This document shows, piece after piece, positions 28,133 through 38,184 of a stretch of DNA of 64,000 nucleotides. The DNA comes from a virus. Position numbers and translations under genes: made by a program. Numbering within the stretch: the stretch's first letter is position 1; each line of letters starts with the position of its first letter. The notes under the pieces are model-generated. The model made no database searches and was not told the DNA's origin. It worked only from the letters and a program-made list of their open reading frames with translations. The DNA lies in the IMG/VR virus record IMGVR_UViG_3300020057_000029, positions 64,001 through 128,000 of that record. One strand, given 5' to 3'.

Positions 28133-28467
28133 TTTTTCGTATACTCCACCTTTGTCAGCTTCCGAAGAAGCTTGTTGCCTGTTAAATAGTTTAACACAGA
28201 TTCTAGCATTGCAACAGAAGATACATCCATTGATGAAATTTCTTTACCAGAAACGTTCAAGGGAAGAGACTGTCTTACCCACTGACCTTTGGCAAAACTC
28301 ATTATAGTTTGAATGTCGTAGTAATTAATCGAGTGTTCCAGTTCACTAATAGCAAAATGCTTATCAAATATTGCTTTCAAATATCTGAACTTGTCTTCCC
28401 CACGAAGATTTGACTCCTTCGTTAGGTATTCTCGCAAATCACTTTCTATATTTTTTAGATCTGACAT
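28129..28467 (-). CDS. Hypothetical protein
   Basis: Overlapping operon ORF. Confidence 0.55.
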   Translation of the reverse strand: MSDLKNIESDLREYLTKESNLRGEDKFRYLKAIFDKHFAISELEHSINYYDIQTIMSFAKGQWVRQSLPLNVSGKEISSMDVSSVAMLESVLNYLTGNKLLRKLTKVEYTKK

Positions 28468-28477
28468 TTTACCCCCA

Positions 28478-30532
28478 TCAGGCTATGGTGCTAAAAGCCC
28501 CATCGCGAATAACTACGATTCTGTTGCTGACCATTTCCTTAACTTCTTGATTATGGTCAACGATTATAAGTTTCTTACTGGAATTGGAATTCTTCAAAAC
28601 CTCTAGCGCCATTTCGATCTCCACCGGACCCAGTCCAGTGAATGGTTCGTCTAGGATAAAAAAGTTAATTCCTTTCCCAGATACTGATTCTATCAGGTCA
28701 ATGACGGCTAGGTCAATAGCCAAATCCAGAGCAGAGCGCTCGCCGCCTGAAAAAGTTTCGATTGGGATATCTTCTTCGCCATCAGAATGGATTACTGCAG
28801 TAACCTCTTCTTTAATAGCGCCTTTGCCTGTTTCACGAGTTCCTTCCAGCTGAATTGTCGCATTGGCCATGTTTGGTATATTGCGAATAATCCTGGTAGC
28901 TTCTTTGCTGATTGTCTCTAGGGCATCGTCGAAAGAACAGGAAACAAAGATCTTAAGAGCTCGCCTACCCTCTTCTACCATCAGAATCTTTTGAGCCAAA
29001 TCACTGGTCTGAGCCGTAAGACTGAATACTTTATCAGCATATCTGGACTCTTGCGCCTCTAGGTCTTTTACTGACTGTTCATACCGCTGTTTAGCAGTAT
29101 TGAAGCCGGTCATCTTAAAATTAGCCTGGGTCCAAACAGACTTGTCTAGATCTGATTGTCCGCGTACTAGCTGTTGTTCTTTAGACTGGTTTTCTTGTAA
29201 TTCGCGTAGCTTAAGGGAAAACTGGTCAGATACAGTTTTAATCCGACTATTTTCGGCAAAATTGTGCCGCGTCTCTTTCTCTTTCTCAGATGCAATGTGA
29301 GCCAAAAGAACTTCTTCTTGATCTTTTTCTGCCTTAACATTTACGGTTCGCGCCACAGTGTCTGGCAGAATAGCGTTGATCTTAGGCTCTACTTCATTGT
29401 TAAGTTCGGTCTCGGCGACTTGCCCATTTTCGATTTGAGGACGAATTTGTTTAAGTTGCTCAAGCAGGTTAAGCTCTGAAGTCTTGGCGTTTTCTGTAAA
29501 CCAGCTCTGTTCGCAAGTAGGGCATATGGCGTCTCTGATTTTTTTAATCTGTGCAGCTATATTGACAGCATCTTTTTTTAGAGAGAGTCCGATAACGCAT
29601 TGGTGCTGTAGACTAGATTTCTTAAGATTTAGAGCCGCTAGCTCCTGCTTAGCCCTGTTCATGCGCTCAATTTCTACCATTCCGGCTTTTTGAATCACAT
29701 CGCGGATTTCTTGCAATTGTACATTATACTGCTCATAATCGGCCTTGCTGTACATTGTAATGCTCAAATCCGGCCTTATCTTGTTGAGCTCTTCTGTCTG
29801 AAGTCTTTGAGCGCTCATAAGAGTGGTCAGCGCCATCTCAGACAGGTTTGAAGCGGTCTTAAGCCTCTCCACAACGTCTGGGTGTACCTCTTGGGCTGGT
29901 GGTGTTCCTACCCCTTTTACGGCGCTCTGAGTAGCGGTTAGACCTTCTGTATTAGAAATCAAGGCCTTGTCCGCAGTTTCTTTTTCTAAAAGCAAGGTTT
30001 TAAGTTTCTTATCTATGATTTCAGCTTTAGATTTAAGATGGCTTAGATTAAGACAATCCATAAGAAATTCATTGGTTTCCTTAGGCGTGAAACTAAGAAA
30101 GAATCCGCCTTCTTTCTGGCGCTTATGACAAATTTTGCGGAATAGTTCACGCGGCATTGCCAAAATGATGTCCAGGTTTTCTTCAGCCAGTTTGCTGTTC
30201 CCAGACATGTCTAGACCGGCACCTTCTATAGAAAGACCCTTAGCCTTGCTTCTGGAGATTTTAATAGGCTTTCCGTCTAAAGAACCTTCCGCCCAAACAG
30301 AAATGCCATTCTTTGTCAAACGGGACTGTAGTTTGCCTGCAGGAATTTTATTGAAGCCAAGGAGGTAGTCCCAGGCGTGAAAAATAGTAGATTTAGCCGC
30401 TCCAGATCCGCCTCCGGTATTCTTGTTGATACCGTCAATTTGAACCAAATTACCAAGGGAGCTAAGCTCAATCGTTTGAGGTTCAACAAAGCGCCCTATG
30501 TTTTCCCAGCCAAGTCGATCTATAATAAACAT
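28478..30532 (-). CDS. SbcC/Rad50/gp46-like SMC ATPase
   Basis: GGSGAAKST, CPTCEQ zinc hook, FSGGE signature, LDEPF, IVDH. Confidence 0.9.
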   Translation of the reverse strand: MFIIDRLGWENIGRFVEPQTIELSSLGNLVQIDGINKNTGGGSGAAKSTIFHAWDYLLGFNKIPAGKLQSRLTKNGISVWAEGSLDGKPIKISRSKAKGLSIEGAGLDMSGNSKLAEENLDIILAMPRELFRKICHKRQKEGGFFLSFTPKETNEFLMDCLNLSHLKSKAEIIDKKLKTLLLEKETADKALISNTEGLTATQSAVKGVGTPPAQEVHPDVVERLKTASNLSEMALTTLMSAQRLQTEELNKIRPDLSITMYSKADYEQYNVQLQEIRDVIQKAGMVEIERMNRAKQELAALNLKKSSLQHQCVIGLSLKKDAVNIAAQIKKIRDAICPTCEQSWFTENAKTSELNLLEQLKQIRPQIENGQVAETELNNEVEPKINAILPDTVARTVNVKAEKDQEEVLLAHIASEKEKETRHNFAENSRIKTVSDQFSLKLRELQENQSKEQQLVRGQSDLDKSVWTQANFKMTGFNTAKQRYEQSVKDLEAQESRYADKVFSLTAQTSDLAQKILMVEEGRRALKIFVSCSFDDALETISKEATRIIRNIPNMANATIQLEGTRETGKGAIKEEVTAVIHSDGEEDIPIETFSGGERSALDLAIDLAVIDLIESVSGKGINFFILDEPFTGLGPVEIEMALEVLKNSNSSKKLIIVDHNQEVKEMVSNRIVVIRDGAFSTIA

Positions 30533-30781
30533 CTAGTCCTCTCGATAGTCCTTGTTTGATTTCTCATGATTCAGCTCTATGATGTTAGGAACAATTTCTA
30601 CCGCCCTAGCCTGAACGCCGTTGTCTACTGTTATCTTAGACCCAGATGAAGGTGCTGACAAGATCTTTTTTGCTTCCTTTTTACAGGTCTTACAAACAAT
30701 ACAGGCAGGTGCTTGTGACACCTGCCTATGAAATTTCTTGTCAACGTGTCCTTCTGAGCATTGGTATGCAAAGATAGGCAT
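30533..30781 (-). CDS. FmdB-like zinc-ribbon protein
   Basis: MPIFAYQC..GH...CKTC. Confidence 0.7.
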   Translation of the reverse strand: MPIFAYQCSEGHVDKKFHRQVSQAPACIVCKTCKKEAKKILSAPSSGSKITVDNGVQARAVEIVPNIIELNHEKSNKDYRED

Positions 30782-30786
30782 GTTGA

Positions 30787-31773
30787 TTAGTATCCCTTGA
30801 TAATCTTGCGTTCGGTCTTATTGCTGATGCTTTCTTTAACCTTCTGATTGATCTCGAACAATTGTTCAGAAGTCAATCTAGGCTTAACTGGTTCAGAGTT
30901 GTAATTACCAAACCAACCTTCTTTTTCAGATTTCTTCTCTTCTTTGGTATTGATATCTTTAAAGAGAGCTTCGCCATCAACCAGAACCTTGTATCTCAAA
31001 GCGTTGGTGTTAACTGGACAATTATCTTGCTCGGCAACGATTTGAACAGCCCTTCCCATATAGAAGAATTCAGCCAAAAGCTCATTGCGTGTACCTTCAA
31101 GGGATCTGTCACAAGAAGCAGTAACAACCCTATCAGCAAGACCTTGATCTACACAGTCTTGACCATCACACCAGTATTCATTCTCGATCAAATCGCGGTA
31201 CGATTTTAGGGTTAGTTTTCCACCAGAACGGCTTACAGCAACTTCGTCCATGCGAGTAACGCGTTTTAGGTAGTAATTATATCGACTGTCCAATTGACCA
31301 GGGAATTCACCAGAAAATCCACCACGGGCCTTATGACTCATGAGGGTACCGTTTTTTAGAACAAGACGATCACCAAGACCTTGAGCGGTTTGAAAGCCCA
31401 TGGAAGCGGAGAACACGTTGATACTGTGTACGGGACGGTTCATGCTCGAAAGGTTCTCGATAAGCTCAAGACCAGCATCAATTGAGCCACCTGGGCTGTT
31501 GATTACGAGGTACAGAGGGTCACCAGAAGGCAATCGGGCATCCATAGCTTTAGCGGCTAGGGTTAGCTGGGCTACAACTTCAGAGTCAAATACGTTGTTG
31601 ATAGTAATACTATTGTCCTTGGTAAGAATAATAGCGCCTGGGGATGCAGAAACAGAAGCGGAGCTTTTGGCCTCGCTTGAGCTCTGAGCAGATGTCTTGC
31701 CAGAAGATTCCGCTGCAAACGAAACATTTCCTAGCAATGCAAAAACCAATACGAGTCCAATTAGATTCTTCAT
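30787..31773 (-). CDS. ClpP/S14-like protease with a signal peptide
   Basis: LYLVINSPGGS, SASMG, LMSH; N-terminal MKNLIGLVLVFALL...SFA. Confidence 0.8.
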   Translation of the reverse strand: MKNLIGLVLVFALLGNVSFAAESSGKTSAQSSSEAKSSASVSASPGAIILTKDNSITINNVFDSEVVAQLTLAAKAMDARLPSGDPLYLVINSPGGSIDAGLELIENLSSMNRPVHSINVFSASMGFQTAQGLGDRLVLKNGTLMSHKARGGFSGEFPGQLDSRYNYYLKRVTRMDEVAVSRSGGKLTLKSYRDLIENEYWCDGQDCVDQGLADRVVTASCDRSLEGTRNELLAEFFYMGRAVQIVAEQDNCPVNTNALRYKVLVDGEALFKDINTKEEKKSEKEGWFGNYNSEPVKPRLTSEQLFEINQKVKESISNKTERKIIKGY

Positions 31774-31923
31774 TTTCTTCCTTTTCTTCCTTATTTTAAA
31801 ACCAGTTTTCCTGATTTCTGTTTGTCTTGTTCGCGTCTTAGATTTACAAGATCTTTTGACACGTTTCCGATTGTTTTAGATTTTGACGCAGCATCAGTTA
31901 GCTTGCTGCGATTTTTGAAATTT

Positions 31924-32292
31924 TTATTTTTCATTTTTTTTACTTTCAAACACTATCTTATCATTAAAGTAGATTTTTACAAGAACATCTTTCCAAAAAA
32001 GATTTCTTACCCATTTCTCTATTGCTTCAAGGCGCAAACCTAGAGCTTCTTGATTTCTGGATTCGTCTAGCACTAGACGGTAAGACACAAGAGGATTGTG
32101 AGTAACTGGCTCATCTTTATCGGTTTTTTCGTAAGACAGATCGTATTCGAGTTTCGCCTCCTTAATACCGTCAAATGCTATAAAAGGATAGTTCTTGAGA
32201 TTTAAAAGCTGAACATCACTGATTTTATTGCTTAAAACAGCGAGCCTAGACATCTCTTTTACTTTATCAATGCTGTCCTTTTGATCGTTCAT
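31924..32292 (-). CDS. Hypothetical protein
   Basis: Co-oriented ORF. Confidence 0.55.
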   Translation of the reverse strand: MNDQKDSIDKVKEMSRLAVLSNKISDVQLLNLKNYPFIAFDGIKEAKLEYDLSYEKTDKDEPVTHNPLVSYRLVLDESRNQEALGLRLEAIEKWVRNLFWKDVLVKIYFNDKIVFESKKNEK

Positions 32293-33284
32293 ATAATCGC
32301 CAGTTCTTTCAAAAAGTTGACCATCGCCTGTTTATCCACCCCTGCAATGGGCTCAAATTGGTCCATCAGGAACTGTTCCAGACTTTTACCGGTCTTACGA
32401 CTGGCAGGCCTAGATTTATCAGTTATCTTAGATTTTACACTAGCTTTACCCTTAAGGGAAGCTTTTTGTTTATTGACCCATTCGGATGAACCAATAAGCT
32501 CTATGGAAGCCCTGGAACCTTCTGGAATTACCGGAGAGTTGTCCCCTTCTTTCCATTGATATTCTAGGATCGGAGAACACACTTTAGAAGTGTCAACATA
32601 TTCTTCTGCCAAAATTAAACCTGTAGTGTCATCGTGGTCTACGATCCATAGGCCTTTTTCCTCGTTTGCATCTGAAGCAGTATCCCATTTGGCTGTGCCT
32701 GGATAGATCACTTGCTGACTCTTGTTGGTCACGTAACGCTGACGATTATGAATGTGACCGCTGATAAGCAGAGGATAATTCAAAAGCTCTGGATCAACCC
32801 CGCCTGGTGCGTACATGCCGCTCTCAAATCTAGACCCAGAATAAGTGGTGTGAGATACGAGGATTTTGGCTCCACAAGTCTGAAGATGATTGGCAGCCTC
32901 TACGAATTTATCATTGTCATGGATACAGGGTACGTATCCTATAAAATCGATAGCACTTGCGCTATCGATGATTCTTAAGTTCTTTTTACGAATGCGTTTA
33001 AATACGTCCAGGGAGTGGTAAGACGCCTCGTTGTTTCCAGGCATGTCGTGATTGCCAACCAGGACTACTACTTCGCAAATGTCTGCTAGATGGTCCAGCC
33101 AATGATCCCAAAAATCAAGCACCTCTAAGCGTACCACCGCATGGGTGTGAAAAAGATCGCCTAGGATTTCTATGCGGTTCACGCTATATTTCATAGCAGT
33201 ATCGACCACGAATTGCAAGAGCTTTTCGGCTTCGTCTCGATTTGAAGTTTTAATATGCGGATCGCCTAGGCGCAAAATTTTCAT
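32289..33284 (-). CDS. SbcD/Mre11/gp47-like nuclease
   Basis: GDPH, GDLFH, GNHD, SH, SGHIH, YPGT. Confidence 0.88.
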   Translation of the reverse strand: MKILRLGDPHIKTSNRDEAEKLLQFVVDTAMKYSVNRIEILGDLFHTHAVVRLEVLDFWDHWLDHLADICEVVVLVGNHDMPGNNEASYHSLDVFKRIRKKNLRIIDSASAIDFIGYVPCIHDNDKFVEAANHLQTCGAKILVSHTTYSGSRFESGMYAPGGVDPELLNYPLLISGHIHNRQRYVTNKSQQVIYPGTAKWDTASDANEEKGLWIVDHDDTTGLILAEEYVDTSKVCSPILEYQWKEGDNSPVIPEGSRASIELIGSSEWVNKQKASLKGKASVKSKITDKSRPASRKTGKSLEQFLMDQFEPIAGVDKQAMVNFLKELAII

Positions 33285-33439
33285 TTGATTTCCCTACACT
33301 GATCTGATAGCCAAGTAATAAAAAACGGTCCTATTGTCAACATCTTACATCCACAAGGGCAATCGTTTTCAAAACTAAAATTTTTAAACGTTACAGGTCT
33401 AATCAGCCCTGCTTGAAATCTTTTGACAGTGAAATACAT

Positions 33440-33745
33440 TTATTTTTGATCTTCCACGAATTCTATGTGAGAGGCGTCTACGATAATGAAGTCACCTTCT
33501 ACAGCAGAACTCTTTAAGGTGTTCTTAGCCCAAGGACTATTGTGCAACACTTCTTCGCGAATGTAAACAGTAGAACCCTTTTTTAGAATAACAGATACAC
33601 TGTTTATTGAAGCATCGGCATCGACTAAAAGTTTTAATCCAATTACCCGATTCTTTTGGCCAACCATTGCGATACCGTGCCTAATCTCTGACTTGAGAGC
33701 TTCTGCTTTGTAGGGTTCTAGGATCAACTTGTTGAACGATTTCAT
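33440..33745 (-). CDS. GroES/gp31-like co-chaperonin
   Basis: 101 aa; NKLILEP...GIAMVG...LKKGSTVYI...DFIIVDASHIEFVE parallels GroES DRVIVKR...GIVLTG...VKVGDIVIF...VLIMSESDILAIVE. Confidence 0.6.
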   Translation of the reverse strand: MKSFNKLILEPYKAEALKSEIRHGIAMVGQKNRVIGLKLLVDADASINSVSVILKKGSTVYIREEVLHNSPWAKNTLKSSAVEGDFIIVDASHIEFVEDQK

Positions 33746-34788
33746 AGCTTAACGCCTTTCAATTTAAGAACTTTCCTGTGCATCATAGAAAGATTTTTTG
33801 CAGCCGCCAACATACGAGATGTTTCTTCCTGCTGAATGTATTGGCTTTCTATATCCTGAGTCTCATCTGCGGTATACTGATATACCCCCTGACCTTCTTC
33901 GTTCACTGTGGCGTCTGCGCTGACAGTAGAGGCGGCGCTCATAAGAGAGGATAGCTCAGAAACCGTCACGTTTTCTTTAGGGATAGTTTTGCCATCTAGC
34001 TTGTCCTGCTGAAATGCTCTGTTTACGGCGCTAGCCAGTTCGACTGGATCATTGATGCCTTGGCGACCACGAATGGTGTGAGCCTTATAGAGAACTCTCT
34101 TATCCGAAGGATAAAAATGGAGCATTGTCTCTGAATAACTATCGATCATGTTTCCTACCATCCTGCCAATGCACACCGAGCGGAACACTGGAGAGTATTT
34201 ACCAACATATTTATCGACGCCTGCTGCCAGTCCCATCGCACAGATATTGACAAAATCTATGAGAGTTAAATGGCCCCTTGGAGTCTTCCTGTAAAACAAT
34301 TTTGCCCTGTTGATTGCCAAAGGCATATTGTTCTCGATCAACCTGTTTCGAGCTACGTGTACTCTATTGTACAGCTGTTCGGCACGTTTTGGGAAGGGGC
34401 CAAGCCAACTTTTACGAATAAACTTTATAAGTTGATAATTGATATCAAACTCTTTTAGTTCTTCTATCTTACTCTCGTCTTTGCTACAGGCTTTGATTAT
34501 TGGGGTGATTTCTTTGCTGAACATGACGGCGCTTTCCCTGAAATAGGGTCTGGCAGATAGGATGTTTTTGTTGGTTACGCAAACTTTTTGTAGAAATTTT
34601 TTGTAAACCTGAGTAGACTGTCGATATTTGAGAATTGTTTCTTTAAACTTTATCTCAGCATCCATAAGCTCTTCTACCTGTTCTTGCTGAACAGTGCCAT
34701 CCTTGTTCTTTTCCAAGGCCTTGGTGATTTCTGCAGCCAGTCTAGACAGTGCTGGATCAAATTCGTGTTGTTTTTTAGGGCTTGCCAT
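33742..34788 (-). CDS. Phage sigma70-family factor, truncated before region 4.2
   Basis: ARNRLIENNMPLAINRAK, DFVNICAMGL..GVDKY; ends at LSMMHRKVLKLKG. Confidence 0.8.
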   Translation of the reverse strand: MASPKKQHEFDPALSRLAAEITKALEKNKDGTVQQEQVEELMDAEIKFKETILKYRQSTQVYKKFLQKVCVTNKNILSARPYFRESAVMFSKEITPIIKACSKDESKIEELKEFDINYQLIKFIRKSWLGPFPKRAEQLYNRVHVARNRLIENNMPLAINRAKLFYRKTPRGHLTLIDFVNICAMGLAAGVDKYVGKYSPVFRSVCIGRMVGNMIDSYSETMLHFYPSDKRVLYKAHTIRGRQGINDPVELASAVNRAFQQDKLDGKTIPKENVTVSELSSLMSAASTVSADATVNEEGQGVYQYTADETQDIESQYIQQEETSRMLAAAKNLSMMHRKVLKLKGVKL

Positions 34789-34818
34789 ACCCTGTATATA
34801 TCACAAGCAGGTGAACAT

Positions 34819-36324
34819 CTACTTGATTTTGATTCTTTTTATTACAGATCGCGAATTACAATATACTTCCAGTTGCTTATCTAGATGGGCCATCATTATA
34901 GGGACATCCATTACGGCATAGCCCCAAATAGTCGAGAGTGGCTTTGGAGCACACTTATCGGCCCAAGGATTTGAGTGACCATGTCTTACGGAGCGTCCTA
35001 CGGTTCCCTGAGCAGTTTTGATCTCGGATGCGCCGCCTACCCAGTTGTGGCAGTGATGTACTGGATAAATATTAGTTCCTGTTGCGATACAGGACGTTCC
35101 GATAAGAACCTTGACCTCGTTTTTATTGAACTTTTCTACACTTTCGGATGGATCAACTTTTTCTAATCCTAACTCCAGAAGACGTTCTTTTTTGGACTCT
35201 GAGTGAGCAATTGCGTAGGGAACTTTTAAAAGCTTTGATAACATGCTTATCTGTTTTAATTCTTCAACTAGAACAAGGGTTTGCTGTCCATACGCCAACG
35301 CAACGGCATTTGACATTTTGGCCACAAAAGCACAGATGTTTCGATTGCCTAAAAAATGCTCTCTTTTCATTTCTAGGGCATCATTGGAATGGAAGTTTGG
35401 ATTAGAAGATTCGAGTTCTACTATGTTAAAAACGTGCTCTGCTACGATTTTGCGTTCTTTTGCTAACCAGGTGGGCAGGTCATAGACAATGCGACCAATA
35501 ATTGACTGAAGAAGTTTTTCAGCCCCATCGTTACGCGTCTGAGTGCCGGAAAAGAAGTGACGACAAGGTACATCTCCTAGGACACCATGGCAGATATCGT
35601 TTAAAGAATCAGCGCCCCATGTGTGACTCTCATCCACACACATCTGCTGGCGAGTGCTGAAAAACTCCCACTCAACGGTTCCCTGTTTTATATTTGCTAA
35701 AGAATCGCCAATTGCGATGGTAAACTTTTTACCTATGACCTTTTTGCCATCTCCAAAGCCACCCACTTGGGCCTTGCCAAGGTATTTCTCAAACGAATCA
35801 AGGAGTTCGTGAAAAATGCTTTTGCTGGGCACCACAATTACAGTAGAGAAACCTGTGTTGCGGCAAACATGTAATAGAATCGCAGACTTACCTGCTGACG
35901 TACAGAGTTCACAGCTTGAGTGTGGATCTGCTATCATCTCGTTTTCGGTCACAAGTTGGTGTTCCATACGATCATATGGAAATTTTACCTTCCAGCCAAC
36001 CGCCTTAGGTGTTGGATATACGATGGTATTTTCAACTGTGATATTAAAATCAGCCCTTAAGTAAGGGATAGATCCTGGTCGAATGTATTTTTTACCATCT
36101 TCTTCCCAAATAAGAGTGTGGTGAACGGCTTTTTTAAGCTCTTCAAGCTTAAACGCCCATGCAGCACGATTCTTTTCTTTTAACCATTTCATGTTGTAGT
36201 GACGCTTCACCATGTGTTGAGCAGCAGTGTTTGTATAGCTGAGAACTTCGGTCAGCTTTTCTAGTTCTGCGTCGGTAATAGATTCAATGAATGCCTTTGA
36301 AGGCATGGTAATTTTAAGATGCAT
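34819..36324 (-). CDS. SF2 DExH helicase (UvsW-like)
   Basis: TSAGKS, VVPS, VDESH, SGT, ATGTN, QGTVGRSVR. Confidence 0.85.
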   Translation of the reverse strand: MHLKITMPSKAFIESITDAELEKLTEVLSYTNTAAQHMVKRHYNMKWLKEKNRAAWAFKLEELKKAVHHTLIWEEDGKKYIRPGSIPYLRADFNITVENTIVYPTPKAVGWKVKFPYDRMEHQLVTENEMIADPHSSCELCTSAGKSAILLHVCRNTGFSTVIVVPSKSIFHELLDSFEKYLGKAQVGGFGDGKKVIGKKFTIAIGDSLANIKQGTVEWEFFSTRQQMCVDESHTWGADSLNDICHGVLGDVPCRHFFSGTQTRNDGAEKLLQSIIGRIVYDLPTWLAKERKIVAEHVFNIVELESSNPNFHSNDALEMKREHFLGNRNICAFVAKMSNAVALAYGQQTLVLVEELKQISMLSKLLKVPYAIAHSESKKERLLELGLEKVDPSESVEKFNKNEVKVLIGTSCIATGTNIYPVHHCHNWVGGASEIKTAQGTVGRSVRHGHSNPWADKCAPKPLSTIWGYAVMDVPIMMAHLDKQLEVYCNSRSVIKRIKIK

Positions 36325-36396
36325 GTCCTATTATATCAAATTAGCAAAAAATAACAACACGTATGATATAGAATATTATCAACCAGGAGATTAACC

Positions 36397-38169
36397 ATGT
36401 CATTTCGCAAGGCAAAAAGCGCACCTAAAATTTTTGAAGTAAACCCTAGTAGGCTCAGGAATAAGGTTTTAAGCACTATGCACCGTGTTTCCGAAGCGGT
36501 TGGCTCAACTATGGGTCCAGGCGGTAGAAACGTATTGATTGAATCAGACTTTCCAGGTATTCCTAACAAAAACACCAAAGACGGAGTGACTGTTTTTAAG
36601 AGCCTTGGTGCTATTGACCCATACGAACATCTTATCATAGAACAAGCCCGTGATGTGGCTCAACGTACTGCTACTGAAGCTGGCGATGGTACTACCACGG
36701 CAACCGTGCTCGCGTACAATATCATCTCTAATTTATTCGAATTCTGTGAAAAAAACAAGAAGTACAGTCCTCAAAAAGCTGCTCGTCGCATCGCTAAAAT
36801 AACACGCGAACGCCTTGTCCCTTATATCAAAGAGCGCAGTATCCCTGTTGGAGTAGACAATCAAGAATTACTCAAAATGGTAGCCAAGGTATCCGCCAAT
36901 GGCGATGAAGACATGGCGGCTGCTGTAATTAAGGCCTTTGAAGAAATTGGATACGGAGACGCCTCTCACGTAACAATCCGAGAACTATCAGGCCCTCAAG
37001 GCTATAAAGTCGAACGTATCGACGGATTCCCCATTCCTGCTGGCTATGAAGAGTCTATTGGCAAATTTCACACTGCCTTTATTAATGACCAAGCAAATCA
37101 ACGTTGTTTTCTTGAGAACCCCCTGTTTATCCTGTTTGACGGTCAGGTAAACGATCTCATGGCGTTCCACGATCTTCTAGACGTTCTTGGTAAAAAATAC
37201 GTAGAAGACGGCGACAGTGATTATAAAAACGTTGTAATCGTAGCTCATGGTTTTTCTGAAAACGTGCTCACAAATCTTGCTTTCAACTTCTCAAACCCCT
37301 CTACCCTGAACGTTGTGCCCCTGGTTACCCCAATGGCTCAATTCATCAATAGCCAGCTTCAGTTTCTGCAGGATTTAGCCGCTTTTACCGGCTCTCGCGT
37401 ATTCGGCATGAAAGATCAGATCAATACTGCTACTATTGCCGATTTAGGCGGCAGCATGGAATCTTTTGAGTGCTATCGTTTTCGCTCCACTGTGATTGGT
37501 GATCCAGACCCAACCAATATTGAGGTTCGTGCTGAAGAGCTTAGAATCATGAAAGATCGTTCTGAAAGTCAAGCTGAGAAGATCTTCTTAGAAGAGCGTA
37601 TTGGTAAGATCACTAACGGTATTGCTAAATTAACCATTTACGGCGGATCTAACGGCGAGCTCAAAGAAGCGCACGATCGCTGCGAAGACGCGGTATGTGC
37701 GGTTCGTTCTGCAATTTCTCACGGTGCTCTACCAGGTGGATGTCGTATTGCCCTAGACATGACAATGCTGCTTATGACCGAACTAGAAGCAGGTGACCCA
37801 GCCCGTGACGTTTTAGTGCCTTCTTTGTTAAGCCTACATCACAAACTGCTCGACAATGCTGGATATACTCCAGCCGAATCTAAAGAAGTTTTGGAAATCC
37901 TTTTGAACGATCCTTCTATCGTATATGACATTGAGAATCAGGTTTACGGTGACGCAAAAGAATTAGGCCTGTTCGATGCTACAAAGGCTGTACAAGAGTC
38001 CTTGTCAAACGCAGTATCTCTTGCGAATGTGCTTGGAACAATGGGCGGCTTAGTATGTCATCCTCGTGATGATGTTTTTGAACGGACAGAGGCTAGAGCA
38101 GATGCTGACTTTGGCCGTGTAACCTCCAACCCAAATGCGTACGTTAATGAAGCTAATAATCGCCCATAA
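36397..38169 (+). CDS. groEL: Phage-encoded GroEL-like chaperonin
   Basis: TMGPGGRNV, TKDGVTV, AGDGTTTATVLA, EDAVCA, LPGG. Confidence 0.92.
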   Translation: MSFRKAKSAPKIFEVNPSRLRNKVLSTMHRVSEAVGSTMGPGGRNVLIESDFPGIPNKNTKDGVTVFKSLGAIDPYEHLIIEQARDVAQRTATEAGDGTTTATVLAYNIISNLFEFCEKNKKYSPQKAARRIAKITRERLVPYIKERSIPVGVDNQELLKMVAKVSANGDEDMAAAVIKAFEEIGYGDASHVTIRELSGPQGYKVERIDGFPIPAGYEESIGKFHTAFINDQANQRCFLENPLFILFDGQVNDLMAFHDLLDVLGKKYVEDGDSDYKNVVIVAHGFSENVLTNLAFNFSNPSTLNVVPLVTPMAQFINSQLQFLQDLAAFTGSRVFGMKDQINTATIADLGGSMESFECYRFRSTVIGDPDPTNIEVRAEELRIMKDRSESQAEKIFLEERIGKITNGIAKLTIYGGSNGELKEAHDRCEDAVCAVRSAISHGALPGGCRIALDMTMLLMTELEAGDPARDVLVPSLLSLHHKLLDNAGYTPAESKEVLEILLNDPSIVYDIENQVYGDAKELGLFDATKAVQESLSNAVSLANVLGTMGGLVCHPRDDVFERTEARADADFGRVTSNPNAYVNEANNRP

Positions 38170-38184
38170 TGATACAATTGATAA

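Noticed and set aside
36397-38169. Host chromosomal origin of groEL, dnaE, tmk and rnhA
   Set aside because: They are divergent, lack bacterial operon context and are interleaved with phage head and replication genes.
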